Of a stretch of 64,000 bases of DNA, positions 32,575 to 51,589 are shown one piece after another. Where the stretch lies: assembly GCF_009914755.1 (NCBI RefSeq), contig NC_060937.1, one strand, 5' to 3'. This DNA comes from the human T2T-CHM13v2.0 reference genome, Homo sapiens. Within the stretch, counting starts at the first letter, position 1, and each line of letters starts with the position of its first letter. The position numbers and the translations under genes were made by a program. The notes under the pieces are model-generated. The model did no database searches and was not told the origin of the DNA. It worked only from the letters and a program-made list of their open reading frames with translations.

Positions 32575-35500
32575 CATCTAGAATTTCTAAACTACTTCTG
32601 GGAAGATCTGCCACTGACTAGGACACTGTCCAGAGAATAAATTATTTTAGGTCACTTTAGCAAAATGCTTTCATCTGCTACCACAGTAACTTTCTTTAAT
32701 AATAATTATGTAAATAAAATTCATTTGAATTTTGTCAGCCATCTGAAACTAAACAGAAACATGAAGACAAAAGTTAAAGTTAATAATACAGGAAAAGCAC
32801 TACATTCTGACCAAAAAGTTTTTTTAAAAAAGAAAAAACCCCGGTAGTGAAGCCACAGATATACAGCTACTACAATCAACTCTCTGGCCTTAAGTATTTC
32901 TGTCCAAAGCACAGGCAATATAAGCTCCAAGTCTACTCTTTGACTCAGTGATACCTATGCCCACCAACTAATGACAAAAAGTCTCAGATGGAAGATGATT
33001 TATTAATTCCCAGTGACTGACAGCACTACTAAGGAAACAATTTTCCAGAGGTGTAAAAGTTTACTAGTTTAACTGACTTTTTGGTGGTTTATTATTTTGT
33101 TTTGTTTTGGCACTTGTGAGATCAGAAGTGAAAGAAATCCATTTCTCCCTGAGAAAGAGTAAAAGAATGCCACAAAGTTAGCTCCAGAAGAAGTAAGCCA
33201 ATCCCTCACAGTTCTTGATTATTTCTTTAACAAGAACAGAACTCACTTGTTTTTTTAAAGGAACATTTGATCCTAAAAAATTTAAATTACTAAGTGCCAA
33301 AGACTTCTGAAGTGAAGAAGTCTAAAAGTGCTCTTCTGACAAAATGCACAAGCATGCCACATGCATGCACAGATACACCACACACACACACAGAAAAGAG
33401 CAAAGAAAATAAAAACTAGAATGAAAACAAAAGGATAAGAAGAGAAAGAAATGAGGAAAAATGAGCAACATATAAAACTCAAGTTAGAAGTGAGAAGGAA
33501 GAATTTTAAGAGGCCAGAAAAGGGAAGCATCAAAGAAAGTCTCCCCTTTAGTAGAATATATTACCCAGACCTTCTATAAAAATGACACATAATCCCTAAA
33601 CAAGAATGTGAAAATTCTGAACTGCGATTGACTGCCACTTGTATGAGAAGTCTTCTTAGAGGAATTTACCCTTCTGTGCTGGTGGCAACTGAATAAGGAG
33701 TGAAAAGATTTTCTGTGAAGTTTAGATGTAAACATTAATGTAACACAGGGCTTTGCAGTACATTAATGATTATGCTTGTAATACATGCACTCCACCTTTT
33801 AAATAGTCAGTGTCTCAAAACCCAAACTCATTTTAAAAGCATGGCCAGAACTAGCAATACTACTCTTTAGAAAATTTTATCAGGAAAACAAAAGTATTCC
33901 AAAACAAGCTCAATCATAACAAAGCAACAATACTTCATAAAATATACATATTCTAAAAAGGAAAGAATGGTATAAACAAATACACTCTAATAAAATACTT
34001 GTAAGTTAGATCAACTATTTCCCAACTAGTGTACAATGACACTGAATTCCAATAGAAAGTCAGATGAAACACTGATGGAATCCTAGTCAATGTCGTTAAG
34101 GCATATGCCATGAAAACCAGACTCAAATTATTTTAGGTTAATAGTTTAACACAACGGTTTTCTAAATCTATTAATGCTGAACAATTTCAAGGCAGTAAGG
34201 ATGAATTAATGCTCCCTTAAACTCTTTATGCCGTTTAGTTTTGCTTCCTTTAACATTGAGTTAAATATCCTCCACAGGTATATGTTAAATCTTCTTAGTG
34301 CCAGAAACGAATCCACACAACTATAAAAGCTGACCACTGAAATAAGTAAATTAATTAAAATGGCTTCAGTGAGAATTTAAAAGGTAGTTGTTGAACCTGT
34401 TCCTCTGCTAAGACCTAACTCCTAAATGAGACAGAGCCACCTTCACCACTGCTGCTAGTTCCTTGCAAACACAGAACACAGCATTTTTAAAGCCGATTAC
34501 ATTTTTTAAAAGCTGTTTAAAATCAAGTATATGGCCATGACATTTACCTCACTGTTCACAAAGTGCTTTTACATAATGAAAAGTAATTACATTTTCACCT
34601 CACGAAACAATTTAAGATAGCAAATCCATTAAGGCAAATGGTATCGTTATTGCCATAAGGCAGATGAAAAAGAGGCCCAGGGAGGTGAACTGACTTCCTC
34701 AAGGTGCACCAGTGGCACCTAGATGTCATAGTTGCTACATCAGCACTCTTTCCACTACAATCGAACAACTCTCTTCCATAAGTCCTTATATGTAAAGCAC
34801 CTTTAACACATAACTTTAATTGTAGTTTATTTCAATCTGGAAACCAGCCTATTGGTAGCTATAGATAAGCCTTACTAAAAGCACAAGAATAAAAGTCAGA
34901 TGTTCTAGTTCCTAATACTCAACTAACCAATTTTATGGTCACAGATGACTCAAGTAGCCTACTAGAGCCTTACAAAAGATGGCTCCCACTAAAAAAATCA
35001 GCCAGCAGTAATCAGCTTATAAAATAACAATAACCAATGAAGTCTCTCTTACTATTATTGAAAAATATCTAAGGGACAGATGGCACATCATATATAACTC
35101 TTAGAAAATGCCATCTTTGGATAAGAGTTATATTTCTTGTGATTCTTTTAGAAGAAATCTTTTCTGTACATGTCAGACATAAGATACTCATAAAACATAT
35201 TTGACAAAAGTAAAAATCAGTGCTTTATTTTAGGATACATACAGTGATACCCTACGCAGAAATGACTGATATTCATTAAGCAAGCTGAGTACAAACTAAA
35301 TGGTTAAAAAAAAAAAAAACTATGGAAAACAACTAAAAGAAAATGTAGAAATCTCCAAAAACAATCTCAATTTTAAAACTAAGACTGGGCTAAAAGATAC
35401 TATAGTACATACCCTGTAATAAATGACATTTGAAAACTGAAAAAATACTAAATTTTTCTCTTTACTATTAACAGCCTTCATGTTATGGTCAATAATAAAA

Positions 35501-35732
35501 CAAATTATGAACACTATATCTAGGGGGGAAAAATCCAAAGTAAAAACAAAGTTTCCCGTCTGGCTTTACAGAATATCTTTAAAGCTACTCCAGTAGAATG
35601 ATTATTAATTTAAATAATTGTAACTACACAAACCAGGTTTTTAAAAAGGAATTTAAAATAGCTAATGTTTAAGACAGCAAACCCAGATCTGATTATGCCA
35701 AAATATTTTATATTTTTTAAGTGAATACTTAC

Positions 35733-35838
35733 CCAAAATATGCTTGCAAACTGCAAATGGTGATTTTGATTTCCTAAATGATAAGAATATGTGCTCTGCA
35801 TGCTGGCGTTGTTCATTATTGACCATGGAAGGTGGTGC
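35733..35838 (-). CDS. XPO4: Exportin-4 coding exon 2 (106 nt), [35 protein letters not shown]
   Basis: Peptide recognised as exportin-4 N-terminus; acceptor ctcaAG|GCA, donor TTGG|GTAAGT; phase 1 joins next exon (G+AA=Glu). Exon number from recall. Confidence 0.97.
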
Positions 35839-36959
35839 CTTGAGAGTTAAAGACAAGAACAGATACACTTATCTAATGACAAAGCTTAAATAATATCAAT
35901 ATTTTTACCCACAAGAACAGAAAATGCCTTCACTTTTGGGGGGCAAGAGGAACAAATTCTTGCTTAACTTTTTAAGGAATTATAGTATAAAACTTGATAA
36001 TAAATGTTTAAAACATGGTTTCAGAAAAAAGGAAAAAATTCCTGGCAAGGTTTGGGTCAGAATCCTTTAAAGGTTTTTAAAAAACCTGCATTTTAGAAAA
36101 ACAGATACTTATCTAACATTTTTTGGGGGATTTAACAATTAGTTGACTTATTATCACCTTTTATTCCAAAATATACCACTTGGACTAACTTGACCTAGTT
36201 CAAATAACTTCAAAATTCTTCAATACTGGGGATATTGAATCCAAGTTACTAAAAATCAGTTTCCAAAAGCAATCCTTTAAGACACAGGATCAAATATTAT
36301 TTCACCTCAAGTTTTCTAAAATCACTATCAAACCAGAAAAATTTGGGAACAGTTAAAGTTTGGAATTTATGAAATGTATTTCTGAATAATAAATTAATCA
36401 CTCAAAAAAATCTAGACTTCTCTCTTAACAAAAACAATTTCTAAAGTCTGACCAAGTTTTTAAATACCATTTTGGTGTTAACAATCGTTCTTCTAAAGAT
36501 AATAATCTTCTGAGCCAGATCTACCTAAAATGTACATTCCTGTTACATGGTTTAGTTAACTTTTAACCTATTAAGACTTACAAATACTTAATTTGGGAAA
36601 GGGGGCTGGAGGTAGATGGCAGGAAAATAAACCTTTATTATTCAAACCATTGAATAAAGAGGGCAACTCATAATTTCAATTATATTAAATAATCTAGATG
36701 ATGAAAAATGTTACAATCAATTATATTAGATCAACACTCATTATAAATTATATCAATTATGCAACATTAGTCACTAATTTCAGTCAAAATAATAAAAAAA
36801 AAAGTTATTCACCCAGGAAAAATTAACTACTGTGAATCTCTGGCTTCAGAGAATTCTTATAATTAGCTAAAGCCAGTTCAGACTACTATTCCTAATCATA
36901 TAGCACCCTCTACAGTTCTCTAAATAAAAATGAAAATATTTCCATTAAAGAACTGTGTT

Positions 36960-38715
<1,756 letters not shown>

Positions 38716-40689
38716 TTACTGACTCTCTGTATGGCATAGAGTAAACGATACTACCCATGTTATACTGCTACAAATACGAATCTATGAGTTCCTCAAGCAA
38801 TTTCTGGATCATACATTCTTTCTTATCATCCTTGAAAAGCACAACATATCCATAATTGTGCAAATTAATATGCTAGTTATTCTACAAACAAAAATTGTCT
38901 AAAGTTAATCCAAAAGACATCCTCATATCCACATATACTTAATCTACTAGAAAGAACAGGTCTGAATATATTAATATAATGAAGATGATATTCTATTTAT
39001 GTCAGATTTTAGAAATAGTAAAGTATAATCTAAAAGTTGATTTATATTAACCACCTGGTTAAATATTATCATACAAACAATAAAATTATCAAGTCAATAT
39101 ATTAAATGGCAGGATGGTAGTCACTTTAGTTTTTCTACAACCAGAATTTTAAATTCCTTCTTGAAATCTACTTGGCAATGGTTTCCAAATGGCAAGCTAT
39201 CTGCACCAGACAGTCCGGGAAACCTTTTAAAACTGGCAAATAGATTTCCAACCCCAAAAGATTCAACAGGCTGGGAGTCAAAACCAAAAATACACATTTT
39301 TCCCTCAAAGTTCCCCAAGTGGTACTGACCCATAAAACTCCCCACTGTCAAACTCCTTACCCTTCAACAATCTTAAGTTACCCTTCAAAAATCTGCTTCC
39401 GTCTCTGCTTCCTTCATCAACCTTCACTCACCTTTCCCCAGTTGTCCAAGCACAACTAACATCTCTATTTCATCTCACATAACACATTGCTTGTCCATCT
39501 CTATTACCCAACTTAGCATAATGGACTACAAACCTTTATTTGCTGCCCCCTACCCTTCCTTTTATTATTTCTCTGACACCAGTGACTTTATTTCTCTCTA
39601 AATTCCTAGGGCCTACCACATACAAAAGAGAGAGGCATTTAATAGCAACTAACATTTATTGAGCATTTAGGATACGAGGCATTATTTTAGATAGATACAT
39701 ACACAAGAAAGAAAGAAGAAAGACAGGAAGGAGGAGGGAAGTTGGAAGGTAATCTCACTAATCCTAACAACTCTATGGGAGGAAATATTATTATCCCCAT
39801 TTTACAGATGAGGAAACTGAGGTATGTAAAGAATAAGTAATTTGCCCAACGTCACACTATTAGTAAGAAGCAGAGCTGAAAATTAAACCCAGGTAGTATG
39901 ACTCCAGGGTCTTAACTCTTAACAGAAACTACACTTACATAGCTCAAATTTATGTAAGACTCATCATTCTTAAGGCTGTCTGGTAGAAAAGAAAAAAATC
40001 TTCCCTAAAAGTTTTCCTCCAGGACCCAATACAGACATTAAAGTGTTTTGCATAGCCTGTGAAGCTTCAGTAAACAAAGAGTAATAAAGGGGCTTTTTGA
40101 ATTCCCTGTTTACGTTCTCATCATTGCCACTACAGTAAAAGCTTAAAAAGGCTTCACACTTCAGAGATGGAATCCCATAAATCAGAAGGATTGGAAGCAA
40201 TAGGAGGTGGTAGTAGAGACCCGTGACCATTCCAAGGATCTTCAAAAAAAAAAAAAAAACAAGGATGGGAAAAAACTGAGACTTGTTTCCAGAGTTGGAG
40301 CTCACAAATTCCTAACTCAATAGACTGGGGTTTCTAGCCCCAACCCTCAGCATGACCCTCCAAGCCCAGCTCAGTTGCCTTCAGTTCACAAAATCTGGAG
40401 AACACCATCACTGTTCTAGGGGCATCCAAAATTAGAACTCTAAAGATTACTTACTAATGAATAGATTAACTGACATATTTCAAGGAGAGACAGAGAGACA
40501 CCAAAATATCTAAATGGTTTCTATTCAAAGAGTATTTTTCAGGGCTGACTATATGCCAAGCACCATGCCAGAAACTAGGGATACTAAAGGAAGGGAAAAA
40601 GCCCTGTCCTTATGGAATTCTATTAGGAAACACAGGCACTAAACAGTCACATAAATAATTCATGAGTCTATAATTTCTGCCTGCACTGA

Positions 40690-41101
<412 letters not shown>

Positions 41102-41530
41102 TAGGAATTATTTCCCCTCTTTTACATCTGGAGAAAACAGGATTCAGAAATTGTTGCATGCCCAAGATGACAAAGTTAGTAAGTATCATAACCAGAATTT
41201 GACCTTAGGTCTGCATGACATTAAAGCCCATGCTTTGAACCTCCTTAAGTATTACTGCTGGCGACACACAGTTGGGTAGACTAACATCTCTCAGATACCT
41301 AGTAGAGAAATCTGAATAATATTCTTGGCTTACTATACATATCATTTATAGGACCATTAAAAAACACGAAAATGTGAGAATATTAAAGTCAAACTGAAAA
41401 TCTGGCATTACTGGTAGATATGAAATAAGCTACAAAACTAGAAAAGAACACATGTTCAACTCATATCATAGAGCTCATTTAAGGATTTCCTAGGTTTAAT
41501 TTCTTGTTTATCTTTGACAGAGACAGACGG

Positions 41531-42212
41531 TGCTATGATTCAAATCTGTTCGCCAAAACCCATGTTAAAATTTAATTGCCATTGTAACAGTATTGGGAGA
41601 TGGGGCCACGATTAGGTGATTAGGTCATGAGGGTTTGGCCCTTATTAATAGACTAATGCCAACTAACTCAAGAGTGGGGTCCTGATAAAAGGTTAAATTA
41701 GGCCCTATTTCTCTTTCTCTCTCTCTTTCTTGCTCATGGCTCACTTGTCCTTCTGCAACAGGATAACACGGCTAGAAGGCCCTCATCAGATGCCGGCACC
41801 ATGCTCTTGGACTTCCCAGCTCCAGAACCATGAACCAAATCAACTTCTGTTCTTGGCTGGGTGCGGTGGCTCACGCCTGTAATCCTAGCACTTTGGGAGG
41901 CCGAGGCGGGTGATCACCTGAGGTCAGGAGTTCGAGACCAGCCTGACCAACATGGTGAAATCCCATCTCTACTAAAAATACAAAAATTAGCCGGGCATGA
42001 TGGCAGGTGCCTATAATCCCAGCTACTCAGGAGGCTGAGGCAGGAGAATTGCTTGAAACCCAGGAGGTGGAGGTAGCAGTGAGCCAAGATCGCAGCACAG
42101 CACTCCAGCCTGGGGGACAAAGTGAGACTCCGTCTCAAAAAAAAAATTCTGTTCTTTATAAATTACCCAGTTTGTAGTATTCTGTTATTGCAGCAGAAAA
42201 TTGACTAAGACA
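41531..42212 (+). mobile_element. MST-family (MSTB1/C-like) MaLR solo LTR with AluS insertion (41855-42147)
   Basis: TG...CA, TSD gacgg/gatgg; Alu TSD ttctgttctt. Confidence 0.85.
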
Positions 42213-43115
42213 GATGGTTTAATAGTCTAATTAGAAAACGATAGATGTACCAACCAAAAACATAAATACTGGTAGTCTTTGACTCATTCACTAAAAATTT
42301 TAAGTTAGTGATAAAAATTTGCTCAACTTTCAGTTTTCCCTCCATAATCTTTCCTTACTTTTTGGAGGTTACCAGTGATCCTATCTAAATTTAAATCCAT
42401 TAACACAAAATGAAACATTTTGTTAAATTAAATTTGCCATAACAATATTTCATAATATTCCACAAAGAGTACTATAAATTTCAGGTTTTGGGCCTTTCTA
42501 GCAAAACAAATTTGAGAGTCACTGCCCTAATCCCTGTCTCCCTAGCAAAGCTACCCTTTCAAATTTGAAAGATGTCCTTTCAAAAAGAGTCTTCTAGTAT
42601 AAGCTCCTTTACATATCTTCCGTTTTAAAGTCTCTTTTCCTCCCAATGTTCTTCCTCTATCACCTTCTCCAATTTCTTGCAAAATATTCCCTCCTGCATA
42701 ACTGCCTCTTAAATCTATGTCCTCCTCTCTCACATAAAGCCTCGGTTCCTTCTTTGTCTTTCCTTTCCTTCTTATCTTAAAAGTTGTCCTTAGCAGTGGT
42801 CCCTTCTGTTTACAAACAGGCCTGCCCTATCTCAAAAACCCCTTTACACAATCTCAGGGCTACAGAACCAGAAAGACCTGGTTTCTAATCCCATTTCTGT
42901 AGCACACTAGTTGGGAAACCTGCAAAATGCTGCTAATGAATTCATCTCATAATTGATAGGAGAACTGCACTAGCATACAGGTCTCCCAAAATTAATCTAT
43001 AACAAGTAATACGATTCCAATTAAAATCCCAATAGGGTTTATATGACAAGATAATCCTAACTCATGTAAGGGTAAAGGCACAAAAGGGTCAAATTAATTT
43101 TAAAAAAAGAGGCTA

Positions 43116-43451
<336 letters not shown>

Positions 43452-43886
43452 CTAAATCTAAACACGTATGAAGACATAATAGTAATTTTGAAAAACGGTA
43501 TTAGAGCAGAAAAAACAATGGAATGGGGAAAATTCCCAGCAACAAACCTATGACATATGACAAATCAATGAGAAAAAAAATAGACTGTATAGTCTGTTTA
43601 AATAGTGCTGGAACAACTGGCAATTTCTAAGGAAAAACATAAAAGTAGACAGTTACTCATATTGTACATAATAATAAATTCCAGGTGAACTTAAGATTTA
43701 AAAATGAAAAGCAAAACTTTAATAGGAAGAAAACATAGGAAAGTATGATGTCAAAGTAGGGAAGAATTTCTTAATAAAAAGCAAAAATTCTTTTTAAAAA
43801 TTAGTAAATTGAACTATATTAAAATCATAACCTCCTAAATTTAAAGGCACCATTAAGTAAAGTGAAAGACTAGTCACAGATGAGAA

Positions 43887-44289
43887 TGTGTCCAGAACTT
43901 ATTCTTTCTGGTGGGTTCCTGGTCCTCAGGGTGAGTGTTCCAGCTCTTAAAGGTGGTGCGAACCCAAAGAGTGAGCAGCAGCAAGATATATTGTGAAGAA
44001 AGAAAGAACAAAACTTCCACATCGTGTAAGGGGACCCAAGCAGGTTGCCGCTGCTGGCTGGGGTGGCCAGCTTTTATTCCCTTATTTGTCCATGCCCACA
44101 TCCTGCTGATTGGTCCATTTTACAGAGTGCTGATTGGTGCATATATAATCCTTTAGCTAGACACAGAGTGCTGATTGGTGCGTTTTTACAGAGTGCTGAT
44201 TGGTGCATTTACAATCCTTTAGCTAGACACAGAAAAGATCCCCAAGTGCCCCCACTCGACCCAGGAAGTCCAGCTGGCTTCCCCTCTCA
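43887..44289 (-). mobile_element. LTR12F-like (ERV9) solo LTR
   Basis: Reverse reads TGAGAGGGGAAGCCAGCTGGACTTCC...; four CCAATCAGCA repeats; 4-bp TSD agaa. Confidence 0.9.
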
Positions 44290-44379
44290 AGAAGGCAATA
44301 ATTGCACTGGACATAATTAACAAAGGATTAATATCCAGAACATAACAACATTCACAAAAGTAAGTAAAAGACAATTTAT

Positions 44380-44883
44380 AGCAGAAACTGACAACTATGC
44401 CTTCACTCTTCTCTCCTTCCTTAGTAACAAGACCCTAATTTTATTTGCTCAGCAGCAATGCACCCACCCACCTAAAATGACATTTCCTGGACCCATTTCT
44501 AGCTAGGAGGATCTATGGGATTAAGTCTGGCCAATAAGATATTAGCAAAGTTTCAGGTGGGATTCCCTAAAGGGAGATGACTCAGCTAGAAACACTCTTC
44601 TTTCCTGTTCCCCAGAAGTAGACATGATAGCTGTAGTTCTACTAATCATCTGGGACCATGAGAAGACTTAAAAGATTGAAGATATCCTCTAAGAATAGTA
44701 AAACAGAAAAACAGAAGAATTGTAAGCCCCTGATGACATCCTACAGCCACTAAACCATTCATATACATATATATCTATCTATCTCCATACTTTTTATGTG
44801 AGAAAAACTAAACCTATCTTTTTAAAAAACACTGTAATTTTAGTTTTTTGTTACATGCTGCCAAACCTAATCCAAACAAATAT
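44380..44883 (+). mobile_element. Old ERVL-type LTR (LTR33-like)
   Basis: cttccttagtaacaagacc...tctggccaataagat...tgttacatgctgccaaacctaatcc. Confidence 0.55.
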
Positions 44884-47168
44884 GCAACAGAAATGTTGCC
44901 AATGAACAATAGGCTAGACAATCCAGAGTAGAAAGTAAAAATGGATATTAAACATGACAACACACTCAACCTCACTAGTAACACATGGAAATGCAAATTA
45001 AAACAAGGAACTATCATTTCTGACTCATTGGCTAGATAAAAATTAAGTGCAAAAACAAGTGTTTGGGGATGGGCATGGTGGCTCATGCCAGCACTTTGGG
45101 AGGCCAAGGCAGGTAGATGGCTTGAGGTCAGGAGCTCAAGACCAGCCTGGGTAACATGGCAAATCTCTGTCTCTACTAAAAATACAAAAATTAGCCAGTC
45201 GTGGTAGCACGCACCTGCAGTCCCAGCTACTCAAGAAGCTAAGTTGGGAGAATCACTTGAAGCCAAGATTGCATCATGGCACTCCAGCCTGGGTGACAGA
45301 GCCAGATGCCATCTCAAAAAAAAACTAACAAGTGTTTGGGGAAGTTTGGGGTATCATTATAAACTGCTAATGGTAATATAAAATGGAACAATCACTTAGA
45401 ATTGAGACTTATCTAGAAAAAGTTGATAGTCCCAACCAGCAAGGTATGCACAAGTCCACTTCTACCACCTTCTAGACATTTATTCCCCAGAGAACTTCTC
45501 CCCTTTCCCACATACATACAAAGGCCACAAAGATGTTCCTACAACATTATAATAGAAAAAAAAAGAAGAAGTAACAATTTAAATTTCCACCAACAGAGAA
45601 TACATTGCAGTATAGTCATACATTGGTTTATAAAGCCAGTAAAAATTGAACTAGAGCTATATTTACCAACCTAGATAAACCCTGAAAATTATTCTGAATG
45701 AAAATGGCAAATGACAAGACATGTACAATACACCATTTATATAAAATTTTTAAAACTCAATAGTATGTTATTTACATTTGCGGGAAGAGTATAAAAGCAC
45801 GGAAGGAAGGATAAGCAACTGTGAAGCCATGATGGCCTCTGTGGAAAATGAGGTCGACGAGGCAGGGAACAGTGTCTACAGGACTCAAAGGGGGCTTCAA
45901 TTATATCTGTGATATCTTAATATTTTTAAAAGATTGTAGGCAAAACATCTATATGAACATTTGCTAATCTAGGAGGTAGGCATATGAATGTAATTTATAT
46001 TACTGTATGCATTTTTCTGTCCATTTAAAACCTTGCATTTCTTTAAATAAGTGGGCCTTCTATTCTCGATAGTACAGCTGACCTTAAACAACTCTTCTGC
46101 TAAAACAAGACAAAAATGGTGGACAAAATTTCTTAAAAATTTTAAGTGCATCACTGAGCTTACAAGAAATTAAGGAATCATCAAAAGCTAAAACAGAAGC
46201 GAACGCAGGGATCCAAAGATGAATGCAAGCACTCATGTGTTTACCCTGGAGACATGTGCCAACCTCTAGTGACCCTGAACTTCCATTTTGACAGCTGCCT
46301 AGCATAAAGAAGACAGGAGATTAAAGCCAGGGCCCATCTCAGGTAGGGATCTAACAAGATATCCCTCCACATAAAGCTGGGATCCTCAGCGCAAGGGTAA
46401 ACTATTTAAAAAACAAACAAAACAAACCGGAAGGAGGGGGACCAGGGAAGAGAAAAAGAAGGGAGAAGGGAGGGAAGGATTAACTTGCCGGTCTGGACCT
46501 TAACAATAGATGGAAGAGCGTAAATTACTTCAGACAATGAATACCCACAAGCAGGCCTATGACAGGTCTCTTGCCCATCACAACAGGACCCATGTTGTCC
46601 AAAAAACTTGAAGCCAATAAAATTAAAGTAGTCCTGTGTTGTCTATGTACCTAGGCACTTGGAGGAATCCAGGCTTCAGAGTTTTTCATAAACATTTCCA
46701 AGAGTTAACATATAAATTTCACTAAACACACGAGGAAATAAACCACTACAAGTTTACAGAACAATAAATTAAAGAATCAGACAAACGAAACTCACAAATA
46801 TTGGAAATGTTAGAAACAGAATATAAAATATTTAAAAGAACCAAAAATGTAAAAAGGAGACTTCACCAAAATTAAAAACTTCTGTACATCAAATGACATT
46901 ATCAAAAGAATGAAAAGGCAATCCACAGAATGGGAGAAAATACTATAAATCATTTACTTATCTGATAGAAGATTAATATCTGTAATCTATAAAGAACTCC
47001 TACAACTCAATGACAAAAAACCAAATAACCTGATTAAAAAATACAAAAAGGACGTTAACAGACATTTCTCCAAAGAAGATACATAAATAGCCAAGAAGCA
47101 CATGAAAAGATGTCCAACATACCAAATCATTAGGAAAATACAAATCAAAACTGCAAGACATCACCTCA

Positions 47169-47354
<186 letters not shown>

Positions 47355-47373
47355 TCACGAGGTCAGGAGTTCA

Positions 47374-47610
<237 letters not shown>

Positions 47611-47778
47611 CTAGGGAAGATAGTATGGCAGTTCCTCAAAAAATCAAAGATAAAACTATCATATAAGCCGGTAATTCTACTTCCAGCTATATATCCAAAA
47701 GAACTGAAAGCAATGCTTTAATAGACTGTACCAATGTTCACTAAAGAATGAATGGATAAACAAAACATTGTATATTCA

Positions 47779-48138
<360 letters not shown>

Positions 48139-48371
48139 TTACAACAAGGATGAACTTTGAAAACATTATGCCAAGTAAGATAACCCAGACACAAAAGGAC
48201 AAATACTGTATGATCTCACTTATATAAGGTAGTTAAAATAGTCAAATTCATAGAAAGTGGAATCATGGTTACCAGGGATTAGAGGCAGGAGGAAATGGGA
48301 AGTTGCTATTTAATGGGTATATAGTTCCAGTTTGGAAAAGTTCTGGAGATAGTGATAAATTTTGGTGATAG

Positions 48372-48650
<279 letters not shown>

Positions 48651-49090
48651 TGATCCCCCCGCCTCAGCCTCCCAAAGTGCTGGAATTACAGGCATGAGCC
48701 ACCACATCCAGCCAATAATTTTTTTTAAAAGCAAGATATCACAAGAAAACTTTTATGAGCAATATAATAAAAGAAATATAAATATCAATAGACTTACTAT
48801 GTTTGGTTTGGATGGTAATTACAGGAGTACACACAATCACATATCATCATCAAACTGGACACCTAAGATTTGTGAATTTTCTTGTGTTAATATACTTCAA
48901 TAAAATATACATTAAAAACTCACTAAACAGATCAAAGAACAGATTAGATACATCGGGGAAAAAATTAGGGGTTGGGCACAGTAGCTCACACCTGTAAGCC
49001 CAGCACTTTGGGAGGCTGAGGAGGGTGGATTACCTGAGGTCAGGAGTTTGAGACCAGTCTGGCCAACAGGGTGAAACCCCGTCTCTACTA

Positions 49091-49730
<640 letters not shown>

Positions 49731-50896
49731 TAAAGAGTCTAGGAGAATTGGCCAGGCGCAGTGGCTCATGCTTGTAATCCTAGCCCTTTGGGAGGCCGAG
49801 GTGGGTGGGTCACCTGGGGTCAGGAGTTTGGGACCAGCCTGGCCAACATGGCAAAATCCCATCTCTACTAAAAATACAAAAATTAGCCAGGTGTGGTGGT
49901 GGGCACCTATAATCCAACTACTCCAGAGTCTGAGGCAAGAGAATCGCTTGAACCAGTAGGGCAGAGGTTGCAGTGAGCCGAGATGGAGCCACTGCACTCC
50001 AGCCTGGGCAAAAGAGCAAAACTCAGTCTCAAAAAAAAAAAAAAGGCAGGGAGTGTAAGAGAATAAAGGGACCATCCATTCTCTGCTGTACTCAGAGCCC
50101 CGAGAGGCTGACCTCTAGACACCACATGACTCAGGCTTCCTCACTCTGTCCCAGTGCTTCCTTTTTCCCACCAAAAGCCACAGCTCCCTAAGGCTGCTCT
50201 CCCCTACAACTACAGCTCTCTCCAATTCTCCACTATCCCGCCCTGCCCTTGCAGGCCCTGAGAATGGCTTTACCATCCTTTGCGGTTCCCTTACATCTTA
50301 CCCCTCCCCAAGCCTCTGTCAATAGTTATCTTCGTTAACTCTCTTCAATTACACCTTTGAGTGTTTCTTGGCAGGCCTTGCCTGACACAGCATGGAGCTT
50401 CAATGGGTGAGGAGAAAGAAAGGAAAGATGTAGACTCAAAGCTAAAGAAAAGAAGCATTCCAAAATTGATGAGAAACACTAAAAATCAGAAAACCCAATG
50501 AATCCCAAACTAAATGAAAAGGAGGAAAAATCGTATTACTGATATCACAGTGAAACTGAAGAATTCAAAGAGAAGACCTTAAAAGCAGTCAAAGAAAAAA
50601 GATATTTGTAAGGCATAACAGACTAAACTGTATTTCTTAGAGCAATAAGTTAAGTCAGACAAGAGAGACCAGAATAACATTTTCAGGGTATTGAAAGAAA
50701 ATAACTATTAACCTAGAAATGTCTATCTAGAAAAATGATCTTTCAGGGATTAGAGTATAATGAAAGCATGTTCCTACAAATAAAAACCAAGAGAGTTTAC
50801 CACCAAAGTACTCTTCCCTAAAAAAATTCTAAAGAAAATACTTCAAGTAAAGTGAATCCAAATTAATGATCTTGAATGCAAAAGACTATGGAGTAA

Positions 50897-51128
<232 letters not shown>

Positions 51129-51540
51129 TGAACTCCCAACCTCAGGTGATCCGCATGCCTCAGCCTCCTGAAGTGCTGCGATTACAGGCATGAGCCACCA
51201 CACCCGGCCAAACATATTGTTAAATACGTTCACTAAGGCCAGGTGAGGTGGCTCACACCTGTAATCCTGGCACTTTGGGAGGCGGAGGCAGGAGGATCGC
51301 TTAAGCCCAGGAGTTCAAGACTGCCCTGGGCAACAAGGCAGTCTCAAAAATTGATTTGTCTCTCAAATAAATAAATAGCTGGGCATGATGGCCTCCACCT
51401 GTAGTCTTAGCTATTCAGGAGGCTGAAGCAGGATTACTTGAGCTCAGGAGGCAAAGGGTGCAGTGAGACAAGATCACACTACTGCACTCCAGCCTGGGCA
51501 AGAGGGTGAGACCCTGTCTCTTAAAAATAAATACAATATA

Positions 51541-51589
51541 ATCCAATCCGATCCGATCCGATCCGATCCAATCCAATCCAATCCAATCT
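51541..51589. repeat. (ATCCA/ATCCG)n pentanucleotide microsatellite between tail-to-tail Alus
   Basis: About 10 units read directly. Confidence 0.9.

Noticed and set aside
44100-44235. Repeated gtgctgattggtgc units resembling an array
   Set aside because: Normal LTR12 CCAAT repeats; not CRISPR.
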